DNA of 64,000 nucleotides from positions 33,401 to 97,400 of the forward strand of contig CAMOOO010000001.1 of NCBI GenBank assembly GCA_946621465.1. Direction: 5' to 3'. The translations under genes were made by a program, and so were the position numbers. This DNA comes from an uncultured Clostridia bacterium. GTDB taxonomy: Bacteria; Bacillota; Clostridia; Christensenellales; DTU072. Under the pieces are notes generated by a model. That model was not told the DNA's origin and did no database searches. It saw only the letters and a program-made list of their open reading frames with translations. Position 1 is the stretch's first letter. Each line of letters begins with the position of its first letter. This document shows, piece by piece, positions 48,718 through 57,890 of this stretch.

Positions 48718-48829
48718 AGAAACCTGCGATTTGCGCATGTTTTTGTTGCACTTCTGTTGCACTCCGTTTGTTATAATAATTCTGTATCTTTTTTGAAAAA
48801 AAGAAAACTTTTTATAAGGAGAAAAAACT

Positions 48830-51800
48830 ATGGTACAAACGAAACGAAAAACAAACGTTGTCGCCTTGGTGATCGTGATAAGCCTTGTGCTCGTGTTCGC
48901 GATGGCGGTAGTCGTCATAGCTGCACCTTCTGTGAAATCGGCGAGCGCAGATGGCATCTATTCCTACATGGGATGGGATGAGGAGAGTGGGGAACTCGTA
49001 GAGCGAGAAACGGACTCGACACCCACGGCCGTCACGAGCATCATGACTGAACTTTCTGCCGGTTGGTATATCGTGGATGATGATGTTACTATCGAATCCA
49101 CCGTTAACGTAAATTCAGGAGGCGTCATTAATCTTATCCTCGTTGACGGCAAGACCCTTACCATCAATGCACCCTACGGCAACAACCCTTTGAGATTGAA
49201 TAATAGTAACACGACGCTCAATATCTACGGGCAAGCTGCAGGGACAGGGGAATTACATATTGAATCCAATTACGGATGTGCAATTTTCGCTTCTGGCTCT
49301 TATGTCAACGTTTATGGCGGTAAAGTCTATGCAAAGGCACAAGAAAACTGCAACGGCAGTTACGGCATTATGTGCAAAACGCTTACCGTTTACGGCGGAC
49401 AGGTGACCGCACTCGGGTACGACTGGAAAGATTATAAAGGTATCGGAATAGTAGGCAACCTCGTAATGTACGGCGGTGAAGTAATCGCAAAAGCAGGATC
49501 GGAAAAGGCGATTTATGGAACGATCACAGCCGGGGAGGATATTGACTGGGTCATTTTTAATAGCACGGATAACGGTAGTTCTTGGAGTACAATCTCTTTG
49601 GATGAGAATAATAAGTGCTCTGACTCTGACTATCACGTCAAAGTGATGGTGAGAGCGAAAATGGTAGGCTCCGGCTACAGCAACAACCCCTACAAGATCA
49701 GCACGGCGGATCAACTGAACCGCTTCCGCGATATCGTCAATGGCTTAAACGACGAGGAGCAAAATAAATTTGCTTGGGCGGTTCTGATGAACGACATCGA
49801 CCTCGATGGCAGCGAAAGCAATCAATGGACGCCTATCGGCACGAGCAGCAACAAATACGGCGGAACGTTTGATGGGAAAGGATACACGATCAGAGGTTTA
49901 TATATAAATTCAGATGCTTCCGGGATCGGTTTTATTTCTTACACCGGTACGAACGCAAAGATAAGAAATCTTACGCTTGAAGGTTCGGTTACCGCTACCG
50001 GCGATTCTGCTAACGTAGGTGCGTTCGTAGGAAGTATGGACGGCGGTTTGCTCACCGACTGCACCAACAAAGCTACGGTCAACGGAGTAATGTTCGTAGG
50101 CGGTCTTGTCGGTTGCGTATACTATGACAGTTCGTATAATAAAGCTAAAGTTGAAAAGAGCGTTAACCAAGGCGCCGTGACCGGAACGAGTAACGGTGCG
50201 GGCGGTATTGCCGGTAACCACTACGGCTTTGTTGAAAACTGCTACAACACGGGGACCGTTACGGGCGTCAATCAGGTAGGCGGTATCGTCGGGAATGCTA
50301 GCTATTTATCATCGACTAATTTTTCTACAACGAGTTGTAACTTCAACTACGGTACGATTTCCGGTAGCGGCTCAAATGTAGGTAACGTCATTGGTAGTTG
50401 TTCGGTATATCCGACGGTGGAAAGCAATTTCTATTTGTCCGCTATGCCCAACAAAGGCATTGGCAACAGAGATGAAGACACTACGAAAACGCAGGTTTTG
50501 ACCGCAGAAGAATTCAAAGACGCAACTAACTTTGTTGGCTTCGACTTCCTAGGCGTTTGGAAGATGGGAGACGACTATCCTCTCCATGCCGAGGCTTACG
50601 ATCTGTGGCTTGGCGACGATCTTATCACCGAAAGTCGCCTGTCGGGCGAAGGCTGGAGCTTTGCCCCCGAGACCAACACCCTTACCTTAGACGGCTACAC
50701 GCTCTCAGTCGACGGCAGAGCAGTACCCGACTTGTACAAACACTACGCCGCCTTTACCTATCTCGGCGATGAAACGCTCAACCTCGTGCTTGTGGGCGAA
50801 AACAGTATAACCAACACGATAGACGCACTGAACGTCTTTGCGTTTTATAGCAATTCGCCTGTGACGATCAGCGGCACGGGTTCGCTCTACCTTACCACGA
50901 CCGGTTCGGTGACCAATTCCAAGGCTTTGGGCACCAAAGGTGTACTGACGATCAACGGCGGGACAGTCGTTGCGCAAGGCGGACCAGCTACCGTGTTTGA
51001 CGGCACAGCGACCAGCACGGGCGTCTTGGTAGAGGGCGGACTCGTTCTCAACGGTGGCAGTCTGACCGCCATTGCCGGAGAGTCCTTGCACTACAGCTAC
51101 GGTCTCCAATGTTTCCATGGCGATGAGTATGATCTCGTCATCGGCGAAGGGATCAAGTCCTTTGTCGCTAAGGGCGGTGAGATCACAGGCGATCAACCGT
51201 CTATGCATAAATCCAACTCTATCTACGCAAATGCGGTATCGATCGAGCTTGACGGTACCGGCTGGACGGATATTGCGGGTACCGAAGGCGAAGCGGCGAT
51301 TGAAGCAGGAACGTACAACTCCAATCCTTTCGGAGATTATTTGAAAGTCGAGTTTATCAGCGGCACGATGATTACCATCGAAATCGCGGACAAAGAAGTC
51401 AATTATAATGAAGACGCGCCCACGTACACCTACGTTGCCAAGATCGACGGCGAAGTCGTGACGGACGAAGATCTCCTTGCGGCTATCGCGGCGAAACTGA
51501 CCGTCGGCAGCGCGTACGCAAAAGGTAGCAACGCGGGTTCCTACGATATCGTCAACAGCAACGCGCAATATAACGAAAAATTCACCGTTGCGGACGAAGA
51601 CTACATAATCTCGAGCATCGTAGGCGGCACGCTCACGGTAAGCAAGATCGACGCCGTTGTGACCGCGCCTACCGCCAAGACCGAACTCAAATACACCGGC
51701 GAAGCGCAGGAACTCATCAACGCAGGTTCCACCACGGGCGGCACGATCGAATACAAATTAAACGACGGCGAGTGGTCTACCGCCATTCCGACCGCTACCG

Positions 51801-53227
51801 ACGTGGACGACGACTATATTGTCTATTATCGCGTGGTCGGCGGAACGAACTTTAACGATATTGCCGGCGTAGCTTTGTCCGAAGCGATCGAGATCGAAGA
51901 AAACGACAAGACCTTATTGACGGTTGTGATCGGTCATGCGGAAGCTTATTACGACACCATTGAGACCGAGTATCCCACCGTGGCGGATGTTTTGTTTGAC
52001 GCCATCGACGAAGGAAACGCCGTCTTAAACAATGCAAATAAGACCGAGGAAGAAATTTCCACTGCCGTTGAAACCTTGACGGGAGCCGTTCTCAACGCGC
52101 AAGTCAGCGTGGTGGAAGAAATGATCGACGCCATCCCGAGTCCCGTTACACTCGACAGCGAAGATGAGATCATCGCCGCTCGCAAAGCGTACGACAATTT
52201 GAGTGACGATCAACAAACGCAAGTTATCAATCGCGACGCTTTATTCGCTGCGGAGATCGACCTTGCGGAGGCGCTCATTGCCGACATCGGCGAGGTGGTT
52301 TATACGACAGGTTGCAAAGGCAAGATCGACAAAGCAAGAGATTATTTTGACGCTCTTACCGAAGAGCAACAAGCGCTCGTAGACGACGAACACAAAGACG
52401 CGCTTGCGGACGCAGAAGCTGCTTACAAGGCTTTGGAGGACGCGGCGAAAGCGGGTGCGGCGAAAGCTTTGATCGAGGCGATCGGCGAAGTAGAAGACAC
52501 GCAAAGCAGCAAAGACAAGATCGACGCGGCGCGTGAAGCCTACGACGCTTTGACCGACGACCAAAAGGCATTGATTACCGAAGATGCGCCGACGATCGTT
52601 ACGGCGGAAGCCACGTACACTACTCTCCACGCCAACAATTTGGCGGCGGCGGAAGTCGTTGCGCTTATCAACGCTATTGGAACGGTAGAATACACCGAAA
52701 CGAGCAAAGGCAAGATCGACGCCGCAAAGGAAGCGTACAATGACTTGACCGACGCACAAAAAGCCATCGTCGACAACTATCTGACGGAAAACGAAGTGGA
52801 TACCATCGTCGTTTCGGAAACGATCTACATCGGACTGGGCGATCAACAAAAGGCGCAGGAGGTCAAAGACCTTATCATCGCCATCGGCGAAGTGAAATAT
52901 CCCGACAGCAAAGACAAAATCGAAGCGGCAAGAGGCTCCTATGACGCTTTGACGGACACGCAAAAGGCGCTTGTGGACAACTACAGTGTCCTCACCACGG
53001 CGGAAGCGACCTATGCGGAACTGGAAGTAAAAGCGAATAAAAAGCTTTCCGGCGGCGCGATCGCAGGTATCGTGATCGGGTGCGTAGCTTTCGTAGCTTG
53101 CGTAGGATTCCTGCTTTGGTTCTTCCTCTTCAAAAAGAAGAAAGAAGACAAAGACGAACCGAAAGTCGCTGTCCCCGAAACAAACGACGAACCGAAAAAC
53201 GATCAAACGGATGAGCCGAAAGAATAA
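48830..53227 (+). CDS. Large secreted, C-terminally membrane-anchored surface protein (GLUG-type motifs, Ig/MBG-like segments, five helical repeats)
   Basis: Signal peptide ending ...ASA; NDIDL...WTPIG...FDGKGYTI; VGGLVG/GGIAG motifs; repeats like IGEVxYT..SKxKIDAAREAYDALTDxQKALV; TM followed by KKKK tail. Confidence 0.85.
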   Translation: MVQTKRKTNVVALVIVISLVLVFAMAVVVIAAPSVKSASADGIYSYMGWDEESGELVERETDSTPTAVTSIMTELSAGWYIVDDDVTIESTVNVNSGGVINLILVDGKTLTINAPYGNNPLRLNNSNTTLNIYGQAAGTGELHIESNYGCAIFASGSYVNVYGGKVYAKAQENCNGSYGIMCKTLTVYGGQVTALGYDWKDYKGIGIVGNLVMYGGEVIAKAGSEKAIYGTITAGEDIDWVIFNSTDNGSSWSTISLDENNKCSDSDYHVKVMVRAKMVGSGYSNNPYKISTADQLNRFRDIVNGLNDEEQNKFAWAVLMNDIDLDGSESNQWTPIGTSSNKYGGTFDGKGYTIRGLYINSDASGIGFISYTGTNAKIRNLTLEGSVTATGDSANVGAFVGSMDGGLLTDCTNKATVNGVMFVGGLVGCVYYDSSYNKAKVEKSVNQGAVTGTSNGAGGIAGNHYGFVENCYNTGTVTGVNQVGGIVGNASYLSSTNFSTTSCNFNYGTISGSGSNVGNVIGSCSVYPTVESNFYLSAMPNKGIGNRDEDTTKTQVLTAEEFKDATNFVGFDFLGVWKMGDDYPLHAEAYDLWLGDDLITESRLSGEGWSFAPETNTLTLDGYTLSVDGRAVPDLYKHYAAFTYLGDETLNLVLVGENSITNTIDALNVFAFYSNSPVTISGTGSLYLTTTGSVTNSKALGTKGVLTINGGTVVAQGGPATVFDGTATSTGVLVEGGLVLNGGSLTAIAGESLHYSYGLQCFHGDEYDLVIGEGIKSFVAKGGEITGDQPSMHKSNSIYANAVSIELDGTGWTDIAGTEGEAAIEAGTYNSNPFGDYLKVEFISGTMITIEIADKEVNYNEDAPTYTYVAKIDGEVVTDEDLLAAIAAKLTVGSAYAKGSNAGSYDIVNSNAQYNEKFTVADEDYIISSIVGGTLTVSKIDAVVTAPTAKTELKYTGEAQELINAGSTTGGTIEYKLNDGEWSTAIPTATDVDDDYIVYYRVVGGTNFNDIAGVALSEAIEIEENDKTLLTVVIGHAEAYYDTIETEYPTVADVLFDAIDEGNAVLNNANKTEEEISTAVETLTGAVLNAQVSVVEEMIDAIPSPVTLDSEDEIIAARKAYDNLSDDQQTQVINRDALFAAEIDLAEALIADIGEVVYTTGCKGKIDKARDYFDALTEEQQALVDDEHKDALADAEAAYKALEDAAKAGAAKALIEAIGEVEDTQSSKDKIDAAREAYDALTDDQKALITEDAPTIVTAEATYTTLHANNLAAAEVVALINAIGTVEYTETSKGKIDAAKEAYNDLTDAQKAIVDNYLTENEVDTIVVSETIYIGLGDQQKAQEVKDLIIAIGEVKYPDSKDKIEAARGSYDALTDTQKALVDNYSVLTTAEATYAELEVKANKKLSGGAIAGIVIGCVAFVACVGFLLWFFLFKKKKEDKDEPKVAVPETNDEPKNDQTDEPKE

Positions 53228-53251
53228 TCCTTCCGATCTCACAAAATAATA

Positions 53252-53281
53252 TGAGGTGTCGCAACCGCGGCACCTCTTTCA
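53252..53281 (+). terminator. Intrinsic terminator
   Basis: GAGGTGTCGC/GCGGCACCTC stem followed by TTT. Confidence 0.7.
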
Positions 53282-53464
53282 TTTGGAACGATATAGGAAA
53301 TTGTATTTGCTACGTCGAATAAATAAAACGAACAACTAAAATCGGGTTTCATGATTGTTCGGCGCGCCGACGGCGACGCCATACAAGAATAGCGGATTTT
53401 AGCTATTTCCTTATCCTGCTATAGAAAAAAGCCGGATAGCCAAGGAAATGGCTAAAAAAATTTC

Positions 53465-53507
53465 AAAAAAGTGTTAAGGTGTTTGCTACAACGAACACCT
53501 TAACCTT
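53465..53507 (-). terminator. Intrinsic terminator for the minus-strand deacetylase-like gene
   Basis: GTTAAGGTGTT/AACACCTTAAC 11-bp stem; U-tract on the minus strand. Confidence 0.8.
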
Positions 53508-53509
53508 AT

Positions 53510-54832
53510 TTATTTGTTATCCGGATAGCGCATCGTCCAGGATTGATAGCGTAGACGATCGGATAGATATTTATCTTCAAAGGAATCGGAGTGACGCCAG
53601 GTCCCCCTGAAACTGCAGTTCTTTATTTTGGGTAGGTCGTCCAAATCGGGCAATTGAGGAATGGGGACCAATTCTATCTTTCCAACCCCGTATAATGCCT
53701 CCACCGCGGCGTAAAGCCAATCGGCAGGTCCTATATAATATTGCCCAACGCGAATGCGAGAGGGGATGGGAGCGGAAGTGTCGATACTTTTTGCCGATTC
53801 AAAGACCTCTTTAAGCGTAAGGGTGACGGGCGACTGGATACCTTGCGGCTCTTCCATAGGGCCGTAAACCGGTCCGCAAAGATGTTCTTTTTTTCCTTGT
53901 AGAAAATTTACGCAAGCAAAGAACATATCGCATAATGACAAAGAGGGGGAATTGCAGGGAGTTAGCCCACGGGATAGCGTTTCAAACAGCACCGGAACCT
54001 GCGAAAGAGAGAGCGTTCTTTTTTTAAAGGGATCATACTCGGAAGCGATATCCTCAAAAGTGGAGAAGACGAATCGGCTGTCTTTTTTCAATAACTTTAT
54101 CAGTCTATGCATGTTTTTGTAAAACCGTTTCGTTTGCGATAGTCTTTTCCTGGAAGGATATATCCAATCGTTGAACTCCCGCAGGTTTTCTTTGTCGTAA
54201 TTGAGTATATCCCAGCTTTCACGGTACATAGCCTTGTGCGGATGGGTATAAATGACGGCGATATCTTGCGTTGCCAATCTGTCCAGCTCCTTTTTAAAGG
54301 GGGGACAAACTCTGAATAAATAGTCCTCTAAACACGACGAGTAGCGAACGTGAAAACCGTTGCAATAATATATTCCGTTCCCGTCCGGATCGCAAATGGA
54401 ATCGGCATAAATGGGGATGCCCATTTCCGCATAGCCAAGCATTGCAACGTAGGAGTCCTGATTTCCCGGCGGAACGGCTGCAAAGAGTTTTTTTCTTTCA
54501 AAGGTCTGGAAAATACTTTTTTCCGCGAACCTCTCTTGTAAAAGGAATTCTTCTTTTGCCCGGAGAAAGTCCTCTTTGTCGGTGTATTCGTTGATGATCG
54601 GATGCATCGAATGGGTGAGAGAATGAGTGTCGATCTCATGCGGCTTCAATGCGTTAATTACGTCCGAACGCTCCCAATCGGCCAATTGGTTAGCGAGTGC
54701 GCCTACGACGCAAAAACACCCCCGAATACCTTCTTCGGTCAATATGTTTGCTTCTTCTCTGATGGCATCCGCAGCTTTTTCGGAAGTAAAATCCTCCGTG
54801 TCAAAGGCGAAAATCACTTTGGTCATATTCAT
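53510..54832 (-). CDS. Polysaccharide-deacetylase-like (NodB fold) protein
   Basis: FAFDTED, FCVVG, HEIDTHSLTHSMH, YTHP; GGAG RBS. Confidence 0.7.
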   Translation of the reverse strand: MNMTKVIFAFDTEDFTSEKAADAIREEANILTEEGIRGCFCVVGALANQLADWERSDVINALKPHEIDTHSLTHSMHPIINEYTDKEDFLRAKEEFLLQERFAEKSIFQTFERKKLFAAVPPGNQDSYVAMLGYAEMGIPIYADSICDPDGNGIYYCNGFHVRYSSCLEDYLFRVCPPFKKELDRLATQDIAVIYTHPHKAMYRESWDILNYDKENLREFNDWIYPSRKRLSQTKRFYKNMHRLIKLLKKDSRFVFSTFEDIASEYDPFKKRTLSLSQVPVLFETLSRGLTPCNSPSLSLCDMFFACVNFLQGKKEHLCGPVYGPMEEPQGIQSPVTLTLKEVFESAKSIDTSAPIPSRIRVGQYYIGPADWLYAAVEALYGVGKIELVPIPQLPDLDDLPKIKNCSFRGTWRHSDSFEDKYLSDRLRYQSWTMRYPDNK

Positions 54833-54915
54833 TGGCTCCTTTATAAAAGGATATCATGTTTGAGAAAAAATTTCAATCACAAGAGTTGTTTTTGCCAAAA
54901 TATAGATCAATCCGT

Positions 54916-54944
54916 TTTACAGATAAGGATTTTTATTATATAAT
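54916..54944 (+). promoter_or_regulatory. sigmaA promoter
   Basis: TTTACA-17 nt-TATAAT. Confidence 0.6.
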
Positions 54945-54975
54945 ACAAGAAAAAGTAAGGAGAACTTTTGATAAT

Positions 54976-56106
54976 ATGAAAAAAAGAATCGTTCCTATCG
55001 CACTGCTGACCGGATATCTCGGCGCAGGAAAAACCACTTTACTCAATCACGTATTAAATAATCAAGAAGGCTACCACGTCGCCGTTATCGTCAACGATAT
55101 AGGAGAAGTAAATATAGATGCAAGTCTGCTCGCCGCAGGAGGCGTTGTTACGCAAAAAGACGACAATCTCGTACCGCTTCAAAACGGCTGTATCTGCTGC
55201 ACGCTGAAAGAAGACCTAATGAAACAGATCATTCAATTGGCTGAGTGCGGGAAATTCGATTATATTCTGATCGAAGCGAGCGGTATCTGCGAGCCGGTAC
55301 CAATTGTGCAAACGATCGAGTACCTTGCCGAGAGCATGGACAAAAGTCCGTATGGCTTTTCCGTCCATCTCGATAACATCATTTCCGTAGTAGACGCCAG
55401 CCGTCTTGTCGAAGAATTCGGCAACGGCAGCGACCTGTTGAAAGAGGAGATAGAGGACGACGATATCGAAAACCTCATTATTCAACAGGTGGAATTCTGT
55501 ACCAAAATCGTCATCAATAAAACCGACCTCGTCACCCCCGAACAATTGAAAGAAGTAGAGGCTGTCATCCGCGCACTTCAACCGGAAGCCGAACTTCTCG
55601 AAACGGTACAAGGCAAACTCGACCTATCAAAAGTACTCGATACCGATTCCTTTGACTTTGACAAAGCCAGCGGCTCCGCTGCTTGGATAAAGGGATTGGA
55701 AGAAGAGGAAGAGGAGGAGGAACCGGAAGGGGAGGTCCTTGAATATAATATAATGACGTTTGTCTATAAACGCAGAAAACAATTCAACACCAAAAAGTTT
55801 CTTGATTGGGCAAACGATCACTATCCGAGATCGATTATCCGTTGCAAAGGCGTCGTATGGATTTCTCGTGATAACAAAAACATGTATATGTTTGAACAGG
55901 CAGGAAAACAAAAGAGCCTCATGAATGCCGGAGAGTGGGTCGCATCCATGCCCAAAGAAGAACAAGACCAGATTCTCATGATGTATCCGGACGTTGCGGC
56001 GGAATGGGACGAAAACGTCGGTGACAAAATGATTAAGCTGGTATTCATCGGCAAAGACATGGATAGAAAACAGATTGAGGCCGATTTGGACGCCTGTTTA
56101 AAGTAG
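54976..56106 (+). CDS. COG0523/CobW-family G3E metallochaperone GTPase
   Basis: TGYLGAGKTT, NGCICC, IEASG, NKTD, CobW_C-like RCKG...LVFIG. Confidence 0.93.
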   Translation: MKKRIVPIALLTGYLGAGKTTLLNHVLNNQEGYHVAVIVNDIGEVNIDASLLAAGGVVTQKDDNLVPLQNGCICCTLKEDLMKQIIQLAECGKFDYILIEASGICEPVPIVQTIEYLAESMDKSPYGFSVHLDNIISVVDASRLVEEFGNGSDLLKEEIEDDDIENLIIQQVEFCTKIVINKTDLVTPEQLKEVEAVIRALQPEAELLETVQGKLDLSKVLDTDSFDFDKASGSAAWIKGLEEEEEEEEPEGEVLEYNIMTFVYKRRKQFNTKKFLDWANDHYPRSIIRCKGVVWISRDNKNMYMFEQAGKQKSLMNAGEWVASMPKEEQDQILMMYPDVAAEWDENVGDKMIKLVFIGKDMDRKQIEADLDACLK

Positions 56107-56139
56107 AGCAAATTTTTTCAAAAAAATATTGCAAAACCC

Positions 56140-56168
56140 TTGCAATTCAAGAAGGAATCTGCTATTAT
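56140..56168 (+). promoter_or_regulatory. sigmaA promoter of the tRNA operon
   Basis: TTGCAA-17 nt-TATTAT with TGn extension. Confidence 0.7.
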
Positions 56169-56220
56169 ATATGAGCAATCGCAATTCAGTGCTTTTGCAG
56201 GTACCTTTATAAGTCTGTAT

Positions 56221-56295
56221 GCGGGAGTGGCTCAGTGGTAGAGCGTCGCCTTGCCAAGGCGAATGTCGCGGGTCCGAATCCCGTCTCCCGCTCCA
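56221..56295 (+). tRNA. tRNA-Gly(GCC)
   Basis: GCGGGAG/CTCCCGC acceptor stem, anticodon loop TTGCCAA, encoded CCA. Confidence 0.96.
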
Positions 56296-56324
56296 AAACA
56301 GTCTTATACAGAAGTAGGATAGAT

Positions 56325-56398
56325 GGCACCATAGCCAAGTGGTAAGGCAGAGGTCTGCAACACCTTCACCTCCAGTCCGAATCTGGATGGTGCCTCCA
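56325..56398 (+). tRNA. tRNA-Cys(GCA)
   Basis: GGCACCA/TGGTGCC acceptor stem, loop CTGCAAC, U73 discriminator, CCA. Confidence 0.96.
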
Positions 56399-56408
56399 AT
56401 TTTTTTCT

Positions 56409-56495
56409 GCCGTTGTGGCGGAATAGGCAGACGCAAGGGACTTAAAATCCCTCGATAGCAATATCGTACCGGTTCGACCCCGGTCAACGGCACCA
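56409..56495 (+). tRNA. tRNA-Leu(TAA)
   Basis: GCCGTTG/CAACGGC stem, loop CTTAAAA, long variable arm, GGTTCGA, CCA. Confidence 0.96.
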
Positions 56496-56515
56496 CAAAC
56501 TAAATAGAATTAACG

Positions 56516-56545
56516 ATTCCCACGGTATAGCCGTGGGAATTTTAA
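56516..56545. terminator. Intrinsic terminator after the tRNA cluster
   Basis: ATTCCCACGG/CCGTGGGAAT stem followed by TTT. Confidence 0.85.
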
Positions 56546-56565
56546 TGCTGTTTTTATCCTTTTAT

Positions 56566-57816
56566 TTAATCAATCGGGCGTATTTCGATATAATAATAAC
56601 CGTCTTCCGTTTCTTTTTCTGTCAGCAGTGTATAGCTGTCAACGCAGGGAAGTAAGATAACATTCGTTGCCGCGTCTAAAATCTCTCCGTTACGTAACAA
56701 GTTGCCTGACGCGTCCTTTATAAGGAAGTCGTATTCTTCATTATCTATAACGTCAAGGAGAATCGTGTCTTCCGCTATACCGAATTCATCGACGATAAGT
56801 TCATCCGTAATACGGATGACTTTATTATTTTCTTCCGATTGTAAAAAGAAACAATTATTCAGTCGATAACACTGCGAAACGGCACTTTCCGATAGTTCCT
56901 TTTGCGCTAATAGTTCTCCGGATTGAGCGTCGTACTTTTTTACCGAAAGGTTGTCTCCCTTTTCTACTGCGATAAAATACCCTTTGTCGGAGTATACGGG
57001 TACGATATATTGTAGCTCGGAGTCACTCATTTTTGTTTTGCTACCGATAGATAGATCGTTTTTATTGATCGAAACGGCATAAAACCCATCCGATTGATTA
57101 GTAAAAAGTAAAAAGCAATCACCGTAATCAAAGTAATCGACCAATCGTGAACAATCTGTTTTCAGAAGTAACAGGTTGTCGTCGACCAATCCGTAAACAT
57201 AGGTTTCGTCATCGTACGAAGCAAACAGTAAAAAACCATTTTCCTTCGGTGCGATGGCGTAAGAGGGCGCGACGGAGACTTTATAAACGTTTTGATCGGA
57301 TAGGTCATAGTTTATAACGTGTACGAAAGCTAAACCCGAATCGGTGTTTTTGAGAAGGACGACGAAGCCGTTTACCGTCGGGCGAGCGGTAATAAACTCC
57401 CTTTCGTATCCAAAGACGTATACGTCCTTAGCGTTATTATTTTCATCCGTCTTTATGATAGCGTAGCAGGGGTTTTCCGTCGCAACGTCTCCTACGGCGC
57501 AATCGGAGGAAACGATTAGAAATCGTCCTAGTGGTACTTGGAAAACGTCCCATAAACGAATATTTCCCTCGCCGTAAATTTTCAACTTTCCGTCTTCGCT
57601 TTCTCGCGGAAAAATGTCGGTATAGATGGTTTTAATGATACTTTCCGGCTCGTACGGGATCTCATCAATGGGGGTAGCGACGGACTCGCTGACAGTCTCC
57701 TCGGCAGAGGATGCCGGATCACCGGACTTCCCGATAATAAGGAAAGAAAGAAATACGATGGACAGTAATAGAATGGCGTAACAAAAGGTTGGTAGTATTT
57801 TTTTGATTTTTTTCAT
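56566..57816 (-). CDS. Hypothetical membrane-anchored, beta-rich extracellular protein
   Basis: MKKIKK plus a hydrophobic N-terminal anchor; GAGGT RBS; no family recognised. Confidence 0.7.
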   Translation of the reverse strand: MKKIKKILPTFCYAILLLSIVFLSFLIIGKSGDPASSAEETVSESVATPIDEIPYEPESIIKTIYTDIFPRESEDGKLKIYGEGNIRLWDVFQVPLGRFLIVSSDCAVGDVATENPCYAIIKTDENNNAKDVYVFGYEREFITARPTVNGFVVLLKNTDSGLAFVHVINYDLSDQNVYKVSVAPSYAIAPKENGFLLFASYDDETYVYGLVDDNLLLLKTDCSRLVDYFDYGDCFLLFTNQSDGFYAVSINKNDLSIGSKTKMSDSELQYIVPVYSDKGYFIAVEKGDNLSVKKYDAQSGELLAQKELSESAVSQCYRLNNCFFLQSEENNKVIRITDELIVDEFGIAEDTILLDVIDNEEYDFLIKDASGNLLRNGEILDAATNVILLPCVDSYTLLTEKETEDGYYYIEIRPID

Positions 57817-57890
57817 TTTTGACCTCACTGCAGAAAGTATACCTTTTTTTGAAGAGAAAAGAGTACATTTGCAAAAGTAGTCAAAAACAA

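Noticed and set aside
52110-53020. Repeats considered as a possible CRISPR array or DGR template/variable pair
   Set aside because: They are degenerate in-frame protein repeats; no identical repeats with spacers, no cas or reverse transcriptase gene.
50705-53242. Long minus-strand ORFs (287 and 333 aa) opposite the surface protein
   Set aside because: Antisense shadows with no RBS or family signal.
54918-54945. Possible Fur/Zur box upstream of the COG0523 gene
   Set aside because: Only a loose AT-rich resemblance; not a convincing palindrome.
56098-56496. 132-aa minus-strand ORF (MVPLTGVEPVR...)
   Set aside because: Antisense shadow of the three tRNA genes.
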